Shown piece by piece: positions 1 through 7,566 of a stretch of 64,000 nt of DNA. The notes beneath the pieces were generated by a model. It saw only the letters and a program-made list of their open reading frames with translations, had not been told where the DNA came from and did no database searches. Origin of the DNA: Prochlorococcus sp. AG-679-M23. GTDB lineage: Bacteria > Cyanobacteriota > Cyanobacteriia > PCC-6307 > Cyanobiaceae. Position numbers and translations under genes: made by a program. Location: NCBI GenBank assembly GCA_003208875.1, contig QCUR01000001.1:358117-422116 (forward strand). Direction: 5' to 3'. The first letter of the stretch is position 1; each line of letters starts with the position of its first letter.

Positions 1-15
1 GCACCTCTAATAATT

Positions 16-62
16 ATTGACATTCGGTCTAAAATTGGAGGGATAAAACCCTCCTTTTTTTT
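16..62 (+). repeat. Island gene-leader element, copy 1 (core + hairpin + T8 before ATG)
   Basis: ATTGACATTCGGTCTAAAATT, then GGAGGG-ATAAAA-CCCTCC, T8 and ATG at 63; matches copies at 334 and 2287. Confidence 0.8.
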
Positions 63-326
63 ATGAACACACTCATCATTTCAACTTTTAGCTGTACATT
101 TGAGGAATTTAAAAATGATGTTACTAATTTATTTCTTGAAGAAATGTGCAAAGAATTTGTGACTGATTATGAGTTTGTAAAAGTCAATGATCATAAATCT
201 CATTTATTAATGAACTGTACTGACTTAGAAAAATTAGGTGCAGAGATGGAATCGCCTTTTGCAAAGGAATGGGATAAAAAAAATAATTGTAAGGATACCG
301 TATATGCAATTGAGCTTGTTGAATGA
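63..326 (+). CDS. Small acidic hypothetical protein (87 aa), possibly a distant DUF3764-like protein
   Basis: ORF directly after leader copy 1; N-terminal TFSCTFEEF resembles TFKISVPFEEW of 2329..2607. Confidence 0.7.
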   Translation: MNTLIISTFSCTFEEFKNDVTNLFLEEMCKEFVTDYEFVKVNDHKSHLLMNCTDLEKLGAEMESPFAKEWDKKNNCKDTVYAIELVE

Positions 327-333
327 TGTGATC

Positions 334-379
334 ATTGACGGTTGATCTAAAGTAGATAGTGTATAAAAGCGCTTTTTTT
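334..379 (+). repeat. Island gene-leader element, copy 2
   Basis: ATTGACGGTTGATCTAAAGTA, then AGTGT-ATAAAA-GCGCT, T7 and ATG at 380. Confidence 0.8.
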
Positions 380-505
380 ATGTCCTCTTCAATGAAAGAT
401 TTCTTGGATAAATTTTTTGATTTATGTAGAGAATATCAAGAAGAAATTCCACCTCAAAAGATGGCTGAAGTTTTAAGAGATTACGCAGATAGGTTAGATG
501 GATAA
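380..505 (+). CDS. 41-aa protein MSSSMKDFLDKFFDLCREYQEEIPPQKMAEVLRDYADRLDG (not in ORF track)
   Basis: Manual translation; follows leader copy 2; its TAA overlaps the next ATG (TAATG). Confidence 0.75.
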   Translation: MSSSMKDFLDKFFDLCREYQEEIPPQKMAEVLRDYADRLDG

Positions 506-690
506 TGTTAAATACAGATGAAGCAACTGCATTAGCCAATTGGATACAAAACTGGAAAAAAACTTATAAGGAAAATCCAAAGTTAAATGAATGTATTACA
601 TGGTTTGAATGGAAATACCAAGATAGAGAACTTACTTCAAGTGATAAGAGTTCAATCGCAACTATTTTGAGATATAACTCGGAAGAATAA
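505..690 (+). CDS. Small hypothetical protein (61 aa, Trp-rich)
   Basis: ORF track; translationally coupled to the upstream ORF. Confidence 0.7.
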   Translation: MLNTDEATALANWIQNWKKTYKENPKLNECITWFEWKYQDRELTSSDKSSIATILRYNSEE

Positions 691-692
691 TT

Positions 693-785
693 ATGTATTG
701 AATAGCTATTACTTATGGAGTTGTTAGTTTGTTATTACTTGGTGGCTTTGTGTATTTAACCTTCAAAATGACCTCTAAAAAATGA
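693..785 (+). pseudogene. Single-TM micro-protein with in-frame TGA at codon 3 (MY*IAITYGVVSLLLLGGFVYLTFKMTSKK)
   Basis: Manual translation; hydrophobic helix plus basic tail; ATGA overlap with the next ORF. Confidence 0.5.
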
Positions 786-877
786 TTGGAAGTTTGCCTA
801 AATTAATTGCTCTTCTTATGGTCTTGCTACTTGTAGGTAGTACTTTTGTTGGTGGGATTATTTACTTTATAAAATGA
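782..877 (+). CDS. 31-aa single-TM micro-protein MIGSLPKLIALLMVLLLVGSTFVGGIIYFIK
   Basis: Manual translation; ATGA overlaps at both ends. Confidence 0.55.
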   Translation: MIGSLPKLIALLMVLLLVGSTFVGGIIYFIK

Positions 878-1029
878 AAAAGTGTGATTGATGTAATAAG
901 GAAGATGTGATCCATTACAGAGTAAAATCTATAAATTATAAAAGTTGGATTTTTTGCTGCAAGCAATGTTGGGATATTGTTTCAAAAGAAAGCCAATATT
1001 CTTATGGTGGAACAAGAAAATCAAAATAA
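874..1029 (+). pseudogene. Small CxxC...CxxC protein with in-frame TGA at codon 6 (MKKCD*CNKEDVIHYRVKSINYKSWIFCCKQCWDIVSKESQYSYGGTRKSK)
   Basis: Manual translation; two Cys pairs and a YGGT tail resembling a small cyanobacterial Zn-finger-like family; TGA at 889-891. Confidence 0.65.
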
Positions 1030-1143
1030 ATGGAATTTTTTACTGAAATTTGGAATAGTCAACCAGCTACAGTTATTGGTGTAGGAACAGCAACTTTAAT
1101 ATTATTGGGAATTTATATATTTTTACTCAATACATATAAGTAA
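1030..1143 (+). CDS. 37-aa single-TM micro-protein MEFFTEIWNSQPATVIGVGTATLILLGIYIFLLNTYK
   Basis: Manual translation; ATG directly after the previous TAA; TAATG overlap with 1143..1538. Confidence 0.6.
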   Translation: MEFFTEIWNSQPATVIGVGTATLILLGIYIFLLNTYK

Positions 1144-1538
1144 TGATTGAAGAAGGAGAAATAATTGAAATTCCAGTAGAAAATCCTACTTATTTCACTA
1201 AGACAAAGCAAAAAGAAATAGGGATTATTGTTTTTAGTTCTCTTACTGTAGTTTTATTATTATTGGCTATAACTGTTAGGAATAAGCCTGAAAATGTTTC
1301 CAGAAGAAAAGAATTAAAAGAAGCAGAGAATGAAAGAAATCAAGAAGCCAGAGAAAATTATATAAAGGATTTAATGGCTGATCCTTATTTAAATATAGTT
1401 ACAGAAGATTTTTTTGAGGTACATAAAGAAAGATTAAAGGAGCATAGAATCTCAATATATCAAGGGGTTACATATTATTTAGGTAAAAAAGGAGGTCTTT
1501 ATTATCGGAGCTCCAAAGGTACAAGAATTTATATCTAA
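1143..1538 (+). CDS. Single-TM hypothetical protein with charged coil and C-terminal GKKGGLYY motif
   Basis: ORF track; TM segment IGIIVFSSLTVVLLLLAITV. Confidence 0.75.
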   Translation: MIEEGEIIEIPVENPTYFTKTKQKEIGIIVFSSLTVVLLLLAITVRNKPENVSRRKELKEAENERNQEARENYIKDLMADPYLNIVTEDFFEVHKERLKEHRISIYQGVTYYLGKKGGLYYRSSKGTRIYI

Positions 1539-1615
1539 TTTTTAAGTATTTAATCCTGTTGAAACTAATAAATACTTTATCTAGAATTCTAAAAATTATA
1601 AATTTGGGGAAATTT

Positions 1616-1759
1616 ATGAGTGGAGATTATGAGACATTAGAAATCAATCAACCTAAGATTTCTTATTTTAATAAAAGATCGGAAGATAATACTTTATGGC
1701 TAGATGAAATGATTAATAAAATTGAAGAAATGAAAAACAACATTAGCGAAGCTGCTTAG
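1616..1759 (+). CDS. Small hypothetical protein (47 aa from ATG 1616; track start 1559 is TTG)
   Basis: GGGGA upstream of ATG 1616 favours this start. Confidence 0.55.
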   Translation: MSGDYETLEINQPKISYFNKRSEDNTLWLDEMINKIEEMKNNISEAA

Positions 1760-1832
1760 AAATTAAAAATTTAAAAAAACATTTGCATAATTTCTTACCT
1801 TTGGTAATTTTAGTGAGCTTTAATAAGTTCAA

Positions 1833-2042
1833 ATGCAAGATCAAAGTATTGAAAAGATAGCAGCAGTTGCAGTAAACATAACTAGGGTGCTGGTAATAAT
1901 TTATCTAGGCTTAGTAGAGGTATTTAAAATAGGCAAATCACTTAGAAAGATTTTAGTTACTGATAATTCTCAAAAATGGGCTTCACAAGCTTATTCAATT
2001 CTAAAAAGACGACAAGCTAAACAAAAATTAGCGGGAGTTTAG
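1833..2042 (+). CDS. Small hypothetical membrane-associated protein (69 aa)
   Basis: ORF track; hydrophobic N-half, basic C-half. Confidence 0.55.
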   Translation: MQDQSIEKIAAVAVNITRVLVIIYLGLVEVFKIGKSLRKILVTDNSQKWASQAYSILKRRQAKQKLAGV

Positions 2043-2228
2043 AAAATTAGTTATTTAGTTTTAGTTGTTTCGGTATTAATACCGATATACAGAAAATATT
2101 ATTCGTAGTAATTTCTAGTTAATTAAATGGAGGGATCAGAAATGATTGATAGTCCACCAGAGAATTTAATTAGATTGGTTTAAACAGCCAAATCCTACTA
2201 AATAAAAATAAGCTAAGTATTCCTATAG

Positions 2229-2270
2229 GAGGTTGTTTTCATTTAAAGGCTGAGTTCAACCTCTTTTTTT
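2229..2270 (+). terminator. Terminator-like hairpin with T7 tail
   Basis: GAGGTTG (2229-2235) pairs with CAACCTC (2257-2263), followed by TTTTTTT; loop is long (21 nt). Confidence 0.45.
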
Positions 2271-2286
2271 GATGCAGGCTTTTATC

Positions 2287-2328
2287 ATTGACAGTCGATC
2301 TAAAATAAGGGGTAATTAGTTCTTTTTT
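2287..2328 (+). repeat. Island gene-leader element, copy 3
   Basis: ATTGACAGTCGATCTAAAATA, weak AAGGG/TTCTT stem, T6 and ATG at 2329. Confidence 0.8.
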
Positions 2329-2607
2329 ATGTCTCTTGAAACTACTGTTTTCACTTTCAAAATAAGTGTCCCTTTTGAAGAATGGGCTGCGGTTTATGAC
2401 AGCGAAGAAAATATACAAATGAATAAAGAACGTGGAATTATTTGCCTATATAAAGGTTTAATGAAAGATGATCCAACCAATGTAATTCTTATTGAGCAGG
2501 GTGAAGAAGGGAAATCAAAAGCTATGTTTGAAGATCCAGCAGTGAAACCATTAATTGAGAGTGCAGGTCATATTTATGATTCAACCGTAATATCCAGTTA
2601 CTTCTAA
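2329..2607 (+). CDS. DUF3764-family protein
   Basis: ETTVFTFKISVPFEEWAAVYDS...LYKG...DDP...IESAGHI pattern typical of this picocyanobacterial family. Confidence 0.75.
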   Translation: MSLETTVFTFKISVPFEEWAAVYDSEENIQMNKERGIICLYKGLMKDDPTNVILIEQGEEGKSKAMFEDPAVKPLIESAGHIYDSTVISSYF

Positions 2608-3159
2608 GTGAAACGCTTATTGCTCGCATCGCTTTTATTAGGTTTTATTTCTCCAGTAATGGCTAAAGAAATTTGTACCCTTACAAGTGAAGTAGAACCA
2701 GATGTAACTATAACTTTGCAAAACTCTGGTTCTTCTTATGGTGTAGGGACTCTTAATTATAAAAACAAACCTTCATTAGGTTTCGATGTAGGTATCTGGA
2801 ATGGATATGGAGGTCAGTATTACACTGCAAGATCATATTCACCTGAATTATTAAAAGAAGAAAAAACCTTTCAAGAAAGAACAAAAAATACAAAAGAGAT
2901 TAGAACAGGACATTTTATGAATTTTGTGGGAAATCAATTAGGAAGAGCAACTAAAATAATGGATAGAAAATCTGGAAAATTAAGAGCATTAATGCCTTCA
3001 CTTTCACAAGGTTATTATTATTCGATTCCTTTTACAGAAGAGGGACAATATGGGAGACAGAAATTATCAAAAGAGATGAAAACTATTATTGACGCTACAG
3101 AGGGATTTTTTGTTGATTCAGGAGGATGCAGAAAATTCTTTCCTTATGGATGGGATTAG
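2608..3159 (+). CDS. Secreted hypothetical protein (183 aa)
   Basis: Signal peptide MKRLLLASLLLGFISPVMA; GTG start directly abuts the previous stop; two Cys. Confidence 0.8.
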   Translation: MKRLLLASLLLGFISPVMAKEICTLTSEVEPDVTITLQNSGSSYGVGTLNYKNKPSLGFDVGIWNGYGGQYYTARSYSPELLKEEKTFQERTKNTKEIRTGHFMNFVGNQLGRATKIMDRKSGKLRALMPSLSQGYYYSIPFTEEGQYGRQKLSKEMKTIIDATEGFFVDSGGCRKFFPYGWD

Positions 3160-3404
3160 ATGAGAGGATATTTTTCATTCTCCGCACTTCTATGCAGTAG
3201 AAGAGGACCATTTATATAGTCATTGATCGCCTCTCCAAGGGTGATGGGGATATCTAGGAAAACCTTTTTTGTTCTCTCTTCAACCGCATTCTCCCAGGAT
3301 TGGGCCAGATCCCTGGAAAGAAATGTTCTGGATCTCGGACCGACATAATTCTTCCTTCTTATTAGGACCTGCCAGCCGCTGCCGCTTCTTCTGATTGTTG
3401 CCAT
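3156..3404 (-). pseudogene. N-terminal fragment of a phage-type tyrosine integrase
   Basis: MATIRRSGSGWQVLIRRK...SRTF..RDLAQSW...E...ITLGEAINDY matches integrase N-terminal arm-binding/core-binding start; no catalytic domain; about 47% GC at 3301-3360; next to tRNA 3' end. Confidence 0.75.
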
Positions 3405-3544
3405 TTCGGTGTCATCGTATGTGTGATGCACCTCCAGATATCTACCTTTAAAACAGAAAAGTAGACCCGCAATCGGACGTCCACTTCTGATGAATTCTTT
3501 TTAGCGATAGTGATAATCTCTTTGATACCAAGTTATCCAACGAG

Positions 3545-3616
<72 letters not shown>

Positions 3617-3626
3617 TGAAAAAAAG

Positions 3627-3708
3627 TGGGCCGGGTTGGATTTGAACCAACGTAGGCAGAGCCAGCGGATTTACAGTCCGCCCCCTTTAACCACTCGGGC
3701 ACCGACCC
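3627..3708 (-). tRNA. tRNA-Tyr(GTA)
   Basis: Reverse complement GGGTCGGTGCCCGAGTGGTTAAAGGGGGCGGACTGTAAATCCGC...GGTTCAAATCCAACCCGGCCCA; long variable arm, anticodon GTA. Confidence 0.97.
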
Positions 3709-3809
3709 CTACTATTTGAACTTATCAGTTAATGGTCACTTTGTGTGAAAATGTTTTGGTTTTTTTGTTTCTTTCTAGATAGCATTTAAATGAAAAGACT
3801 TAATAACTG

Positions 3810-4250
3810 ATGAATATTTTATTGATAAATGGGCCAAACCTTAATTTGTTGGGTATTAGAGAACCTGAAATATATGGAAATAAAACCTTGAATGATATTG
3901 AAAAAGATTTAAACAAAGTTGCTAACGAAAAAAGTATTAATCTTGAATGCTTTCAAAGTAATCATGAAGGCGAAATCGTTGATAAAATCCAATCCTCGGT
4001 AAGTAGAATCAGTGGAATCCTTATTAATGCCGGTGCTTTTACTCATACTTCAATTTCTATAAGAGATGCTTTAATTGGATCAAAAATCCCATTTGTAGAA
4101 CTACACATATCAAATATCTTTAGCAGGGAAGAATTTCGAAAAGAATCTTTTCTTACAGACAAAGCAATAGGAATAATTAGTGGATTTGGTATTACAAGTT
4201 ATTTTCTTGCTCTTGAGGGAATAATTGAATTTTTAAGTAGTAATAAGTAA
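3810..4250 (+). CDS. aroQ: Type II 3-dehydroquinate dehydratase
   Basis: [29 protein letters not shown] motifs. Confidence 0.97.
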   Translation: MNILLINGPNLNLLGIREPEIYGNKTLNDIEKDLNKVANEKSINLECFQSNHEGEIVDKIQSSVSRISGILINAGAFTHTSISIRDALIGSKIPFVELHISNIFSREEFRKESFLTDKAIGIISGFGITSYFLALEGIIEFLSSNK

Positions 4251-4859
4251 ATGCTAGTAGATTTTAAAAGGCCCTCTTCTAATATTAAATATTTATCCTC
4301 ATTATCCTCAGAAAGTTGGCTAGAGCAAGCTTTATCGAATCCAATAGAGATACTTATTGATCATGCTCATTGTGAAAGAAAAGCTGCTGGAGTTGCAATT
4401 CAATTAATGTTTAGATATCCATCTGAACCCGACCTGGCAGAAGTTTTGAGCCCCATAGCAAGGGAAGAGTTAGAGCATTTTGAAAAAATACTTGTTTTAC
4501 TAAAGGATCTTGGTCATTCGCTTAAAGCTCTTAAGCCTCCCCCATATGGAGCTGAATTGGCTAAATGTGTCAGAAAAGTGGAACCATATAGAATGTTAGA
4601 TAGTTTCTTAATAGCAGGACTTATTGAAGCAAGAAGTCATGAAAGATTAAGTTTACTAGCATTGAATTCTGAGCACAAATCTTTCAAGTTGCTTTATGAG
4701 TCTTTACTTGAAAGTGAAGCAAGACATTTTGGAATTTATTGGAAACTAGCTCAGACTAAATTCTCTAAAAATGAAACTAACAAAAGATTAGAGGAATTAT
4801 CTAATATTGAATCGGAGATCTTATCCCAAACGTTTGCTTTGCCAAGAATTCATAGTTAA
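4251..4859 (+). CDS. miaE: tRNA-(ms2io6A37) hydroxylase
   Basis: DHAHCERKAA, EELEHF, IEARSHER, SEARH di-iron motifs. Confidence 0.92.
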   Translation: MLVDFKRPSSNIKYLSSLSSESWLEQALSNPIEILIDHAHCERKAAGVAIQLMFRYPSEPDLAEVLSPIAREELEHFEKILVLLKDLGHSLKALKPPPYGAELAKCVRKVEPYRMLDSFLIAGLIEARSHERLSLLALNSEHKSFKLLYESLLESEARHFGIYWKLAQTKFSKNETNKRLEELSNIESEILSQTFALPRIHS

Positions 4860-4879
4860 TTGAATTTTGTTATTCATTT

Positions 4880-5635
4880 ATGGGAATTAGAAAAACTCTA
4901 AAAAATCTGCTTGGTTTTAAAAGTGATCTTGCATCATTAACAGTAGTTGGTGTTGGTCCTGGAGATAGTTCTTTACTAACTATTGCTGCAATAGAGGCAA
5001 TTAAAAAAGCAAAACTTATAGTTTTCCCAATTTCAAGTGATGATAGAAAGAGTGCATCTGCGGAAATAGTCAAAAAATATATCAAATTCAAGAAAAAAAT
5101 ACCTATTATTTTCCCAATGGCAAGACAAGAATTTGATCCAGATCAAATCTGGTCTAGTGCTGTGGATATAATTGTTAAATCTGTTAGAAACAATAAATCT
5201 GTTGCTTTACTTTGTCTTGGAGATCCTTCACTTTATGCAAGTTCCTCAAATATTCTGAGAATAATAAATAATAATTATCCTGAAATAATCACAAGGACAA
5301 TACCAGGGATATCATCTATCTCAGCAGCAGCAGCTTTAAGTAATTTTGATTTGGTAAAGAAAGGTGAGACTTTGATATTAAAAGAATGTCCTTCTTCTAA
5401 ACCTGAAATAATAACTCTAATAATTCAGACTAAAGCGAATAAAACAGTTTTAGTACTTATGAAAGTTGGGAAAAGATGGGGGTCAGTTAAAGAAGTTTTA
5501 AAAAAAGAGAAAATCATTAATAAAGCTTTAATCGCTTTAAATGTAGGGATGCCTGATCAAATTATCCAACATGCTTCAAAATATAATGTGGAGACAATGC
5601 CTTATTTTTCTTTAATTTTGATAAGACCTAATTAA
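4880..5635 (+). CDS. cobI: Precorrin-2 C20-methyltransferase
   Basis: VGVGPGD..LLT, FPM, LGDPSLY, IPGISS tetrapyrrole methylase motifs. Confidence 0.88.
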   Translation: MGIRKTLKNLLGFKSDLASLTVVGVGPGDSSLLTIAAIEAIKKAKLIVFPISSDDRKSASAEIVKKYIKFKKKIPIIFPMARQEFDPDQIWSSAVDIIVKSVRNNKSVALLCLGDPSLYASSSNILRIINNNYPEIITRTIPGISSISAAAALSNFDLVKKGETLILKECPSSKPEIITLIIQTKANKTVLVLMKVGKRWGSVKEVLKKEKIINKALIALNVGMPDQIIQHASKYNVETMPYFSLILIRPN

Positions 5636-6117
5636 TGAATAAGGACAAATTTCTAAGAAATGATTTTCAATGGTCTATAAGTAGGCAAATATTGTCTTTA
5701 ATACTTGAAGATAAAGTAAGTGATATTTTTGTATGTGAATTAGTATGGGAAAGACTTTTTTATATCAATGAACCTTCTATGGATGGATGGATTTCAAGTT
5801 CCTTAACTCCATCATATTGGTCAGAAAAATTTTCAAAAGCTCCTCAAATTATTTCAGAACGATCAGCTTCGGTTCATTTGACACGATCTATACCGAAAGA
5901 TCACAAACAAAATTTAAAAAAAATTCTTAATTTTAAAGGTTATAAAATTAACGAACTTTATCCTAGAAGAACAAGAAGAGCAACTGCTGTCAATTGGCTG
6001 ATCTATTGGTCTATTGACTCGAGTTCTTCTTTAGATGATTTTTCTAAGTTACCTAAAATATCTTCCCCATCTCCTAATCCAGCAAAAGGTCATTTTGGAG
6101 ATCCTGAAATCAAATAA
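5635..6117 (+). CDS. DUF1823-family protein
   Basis: VHLTRSIPKDHKQ.LK..L.FKGYKI.EL.PRRTRRATAVNWL. Confidence 0.8.
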   Translation: MNKDKFLRNDFQWSISRQILSLILEDKVSDIFVCELVWERLFYINEPSMDGWISSSLTPSYWSEKFSKAPQIISERSASVHLTRSIPKDHKQNLKKILNFKGYKINELYPRRTRRATAVNWLIYWSIDSSSSLDDFSKLPKISSPSPNPAKGHFGDPEIK

Positions 6118-6189
6118 ATACTCCTGGATAGAGTAAAAGATAGTATTGAGGGTATAGTTGTAATAGATCTAATTTTCTTAGGGGAATAA

Positions 6190-7566
6190 TTGACTCTTCC
6201 ATCAATAGCAATAATCGGAAGACCTAATGTTGGGAAGTCTACTTTGGTTAATAGGTTATGCCAAAGTAATGACGCAATTGTATTCGATAAACCTGGAGTT
6301 ACTAGAGATAGAACTTATCAAAATGCTTCTTGGGGGGGGAGGGAATTTCAAGTGGTTGATACGGGAGGATTAGTTTTTGAAGATGATAGTGAATTCCTCC
6401 CCGAGATTCGTACTCAAGTATTTTTAGCATTAGAAGAGGCTTCTCTCGCTTTATTTGTAGTTGATGGAAATCAAGGTGTAACTGACGGTGATTTATCCAT
6501 AGCAAAATGGCTAAGGAATTCAGCTTGTAAGACAATTGTTGCAGTAAATAAATGTGAATCTACATCCTTGGGAGTTTCTTTGGCCTCTGAGTTCTGGAAA
6601 TTGGGTTTAGGTGAACCTTATCCTGTCTCTGCTATTCATGGCTCTGGAACAGGGGATCTATTAGACCTTGTTATTGATGGATTCCCTAAAGATTTAAATA
6701 TTGAAGATAAAGAAGATAAAATAATGATGTCAATTATTGGGAGACCAAATGTTGGTAAATCCAGTTTGTTAAATGCTATTTGCGGAGAAAAAAGAGCAAT
6801 AGTTAGTGATATAAGTGGGACTACAACTGATTCAATAGATACTCTTATTAAGAAAGATTCCCATCTATGGAAAATAGTCGATACCGCAGGAATAAGAAGA
6901 AAAAAAAATGTAAAATATGGAACTGAGTTTTTTGGAATTAATAGAGCTTTTAAATCTATCGATAGAAGTGATGTTTGCGTCCTGGTTATAGATGCCATAG
7001 ATGGTGTGACTGATCAAGATCAGAAATTAGCAGGACGAATAGAAGAACAAGGTAGAGCATGTGTCATTGTAGTAAATAAATGGGATCTTGTAGAGAAAAA
7101 TAATTCCACAATCTATGAAGTAGAAAAAGAACTTAGATCAAAACTATATTTTTTGCATTGGTCAAAAATGATTTTCATTTCAGCTTTGACTGGTCAAAGA
7201 GTTCAAAATATTTTTGAGCATGCTCTTAGTGCTGTAACCCAACATAGAAGGAGAGTCACAACTTCAGTCGTTAATGAAGTTCTTAAGGAAGCTCTTGGAT
7301 GGAAAAGTCCACCAACAAAGAGAAGCGGAAAACAAGGAAGACTTTACTATGGGACTCAAGTAAAAAACCAGCCTCCAACTTTTACTCTTTTTGTAAATGA
7401 CCCTAAATTATTTGGAATTACATATAGAAGATATATTGAAAAACAAATAAGATTAAATCTTGGGTTTGAAGGGTCTCCAATAATTTTACTTTGGAGAGGA
7501 AAACAGCAAAGAGACCTTGAAAAGGAGACTTCAAAAAAGAATATTAATATTATTCAAAAAGATTAA
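6190..7566 (+). CDS. der: Ribosome biogenesis GTPase Der (EngA)
   Basis: Two GRPNVGKS G-domains and a C-terminal KH-like domain. Confidence 0.98.
   Translation: MTLPSIAIIGRPNVGKSTLVNRLCQSNDAIVFDKPGVTRDRTYQNASWGGREFQVVDTGGLVFEDDSEFLPEIRTQVFLALEEASLALFVVDGNQGVTDGDLSIAKWLRNSACKTIVAVNKCESTSLGVSLASEFWKLGLGEPYPVSAIHGSGTGDLLDLVIDGFPKDLNIEDKEDKIMMSIIGRPNVGKSSLLNAICGEKRAIVSDISGTTTDSIDTLIKKDSHLWKIVDTAGIRRKKNVKYGTEFFGINRAFKSIDRSDVCVLVIDAIDGVTDQDQKLAGRIEEQGRACVIVVNKWDLVEKNNSTIYEVEKELRSKLYFLHWSKMIFISALTGQRVQNIFEHALSAVTQHRRRVTTSVVNEVLKEALGWKSPPTKRSGKQGRLYYGTQVKNQPPTFTLFVNDPKLFGITYRRYIEKQIRLNLGFEGSPIILLWRGKQQRDLEKETSKKNINIIQKD

Larger units (their letters stand above)
1..3544. mobile_element. Right end of a tRNA-Thr-anchored genomic island
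   Basis: Small hypothetical ORFs, pseudogenes, repeats and an integrase relic at the tRNA 3' end; core genes resume past the tRNAs. Confidence 0.75.

Noticed and set aside
889..891. TGA inside CxxC read as selenocysteine
   Set aside because: The TGA occupies an x position rather than a Cys position, no SECIS-like hairpin is evident, and there are no sel genes in the window.
2127..2183. 18-codon ORF MEGSEMIDSPPENLIRLV
   Set aside because: Too short, with no coupling, RBS or recognisable feature.
16..2328. Reading the three island repeats as a CRISPR array or classical integron attC sites
   Set aside because: Spacing is irregular and gene-sized, there are no cas genes, and I see no RYYYAAC...GTTRRRY ends or IntI gene.
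6332..6339. G8 homopolymer in der
   Set aside because: It encodes W-G-G in frame in an essential GTPase, so phase variation is implausible.
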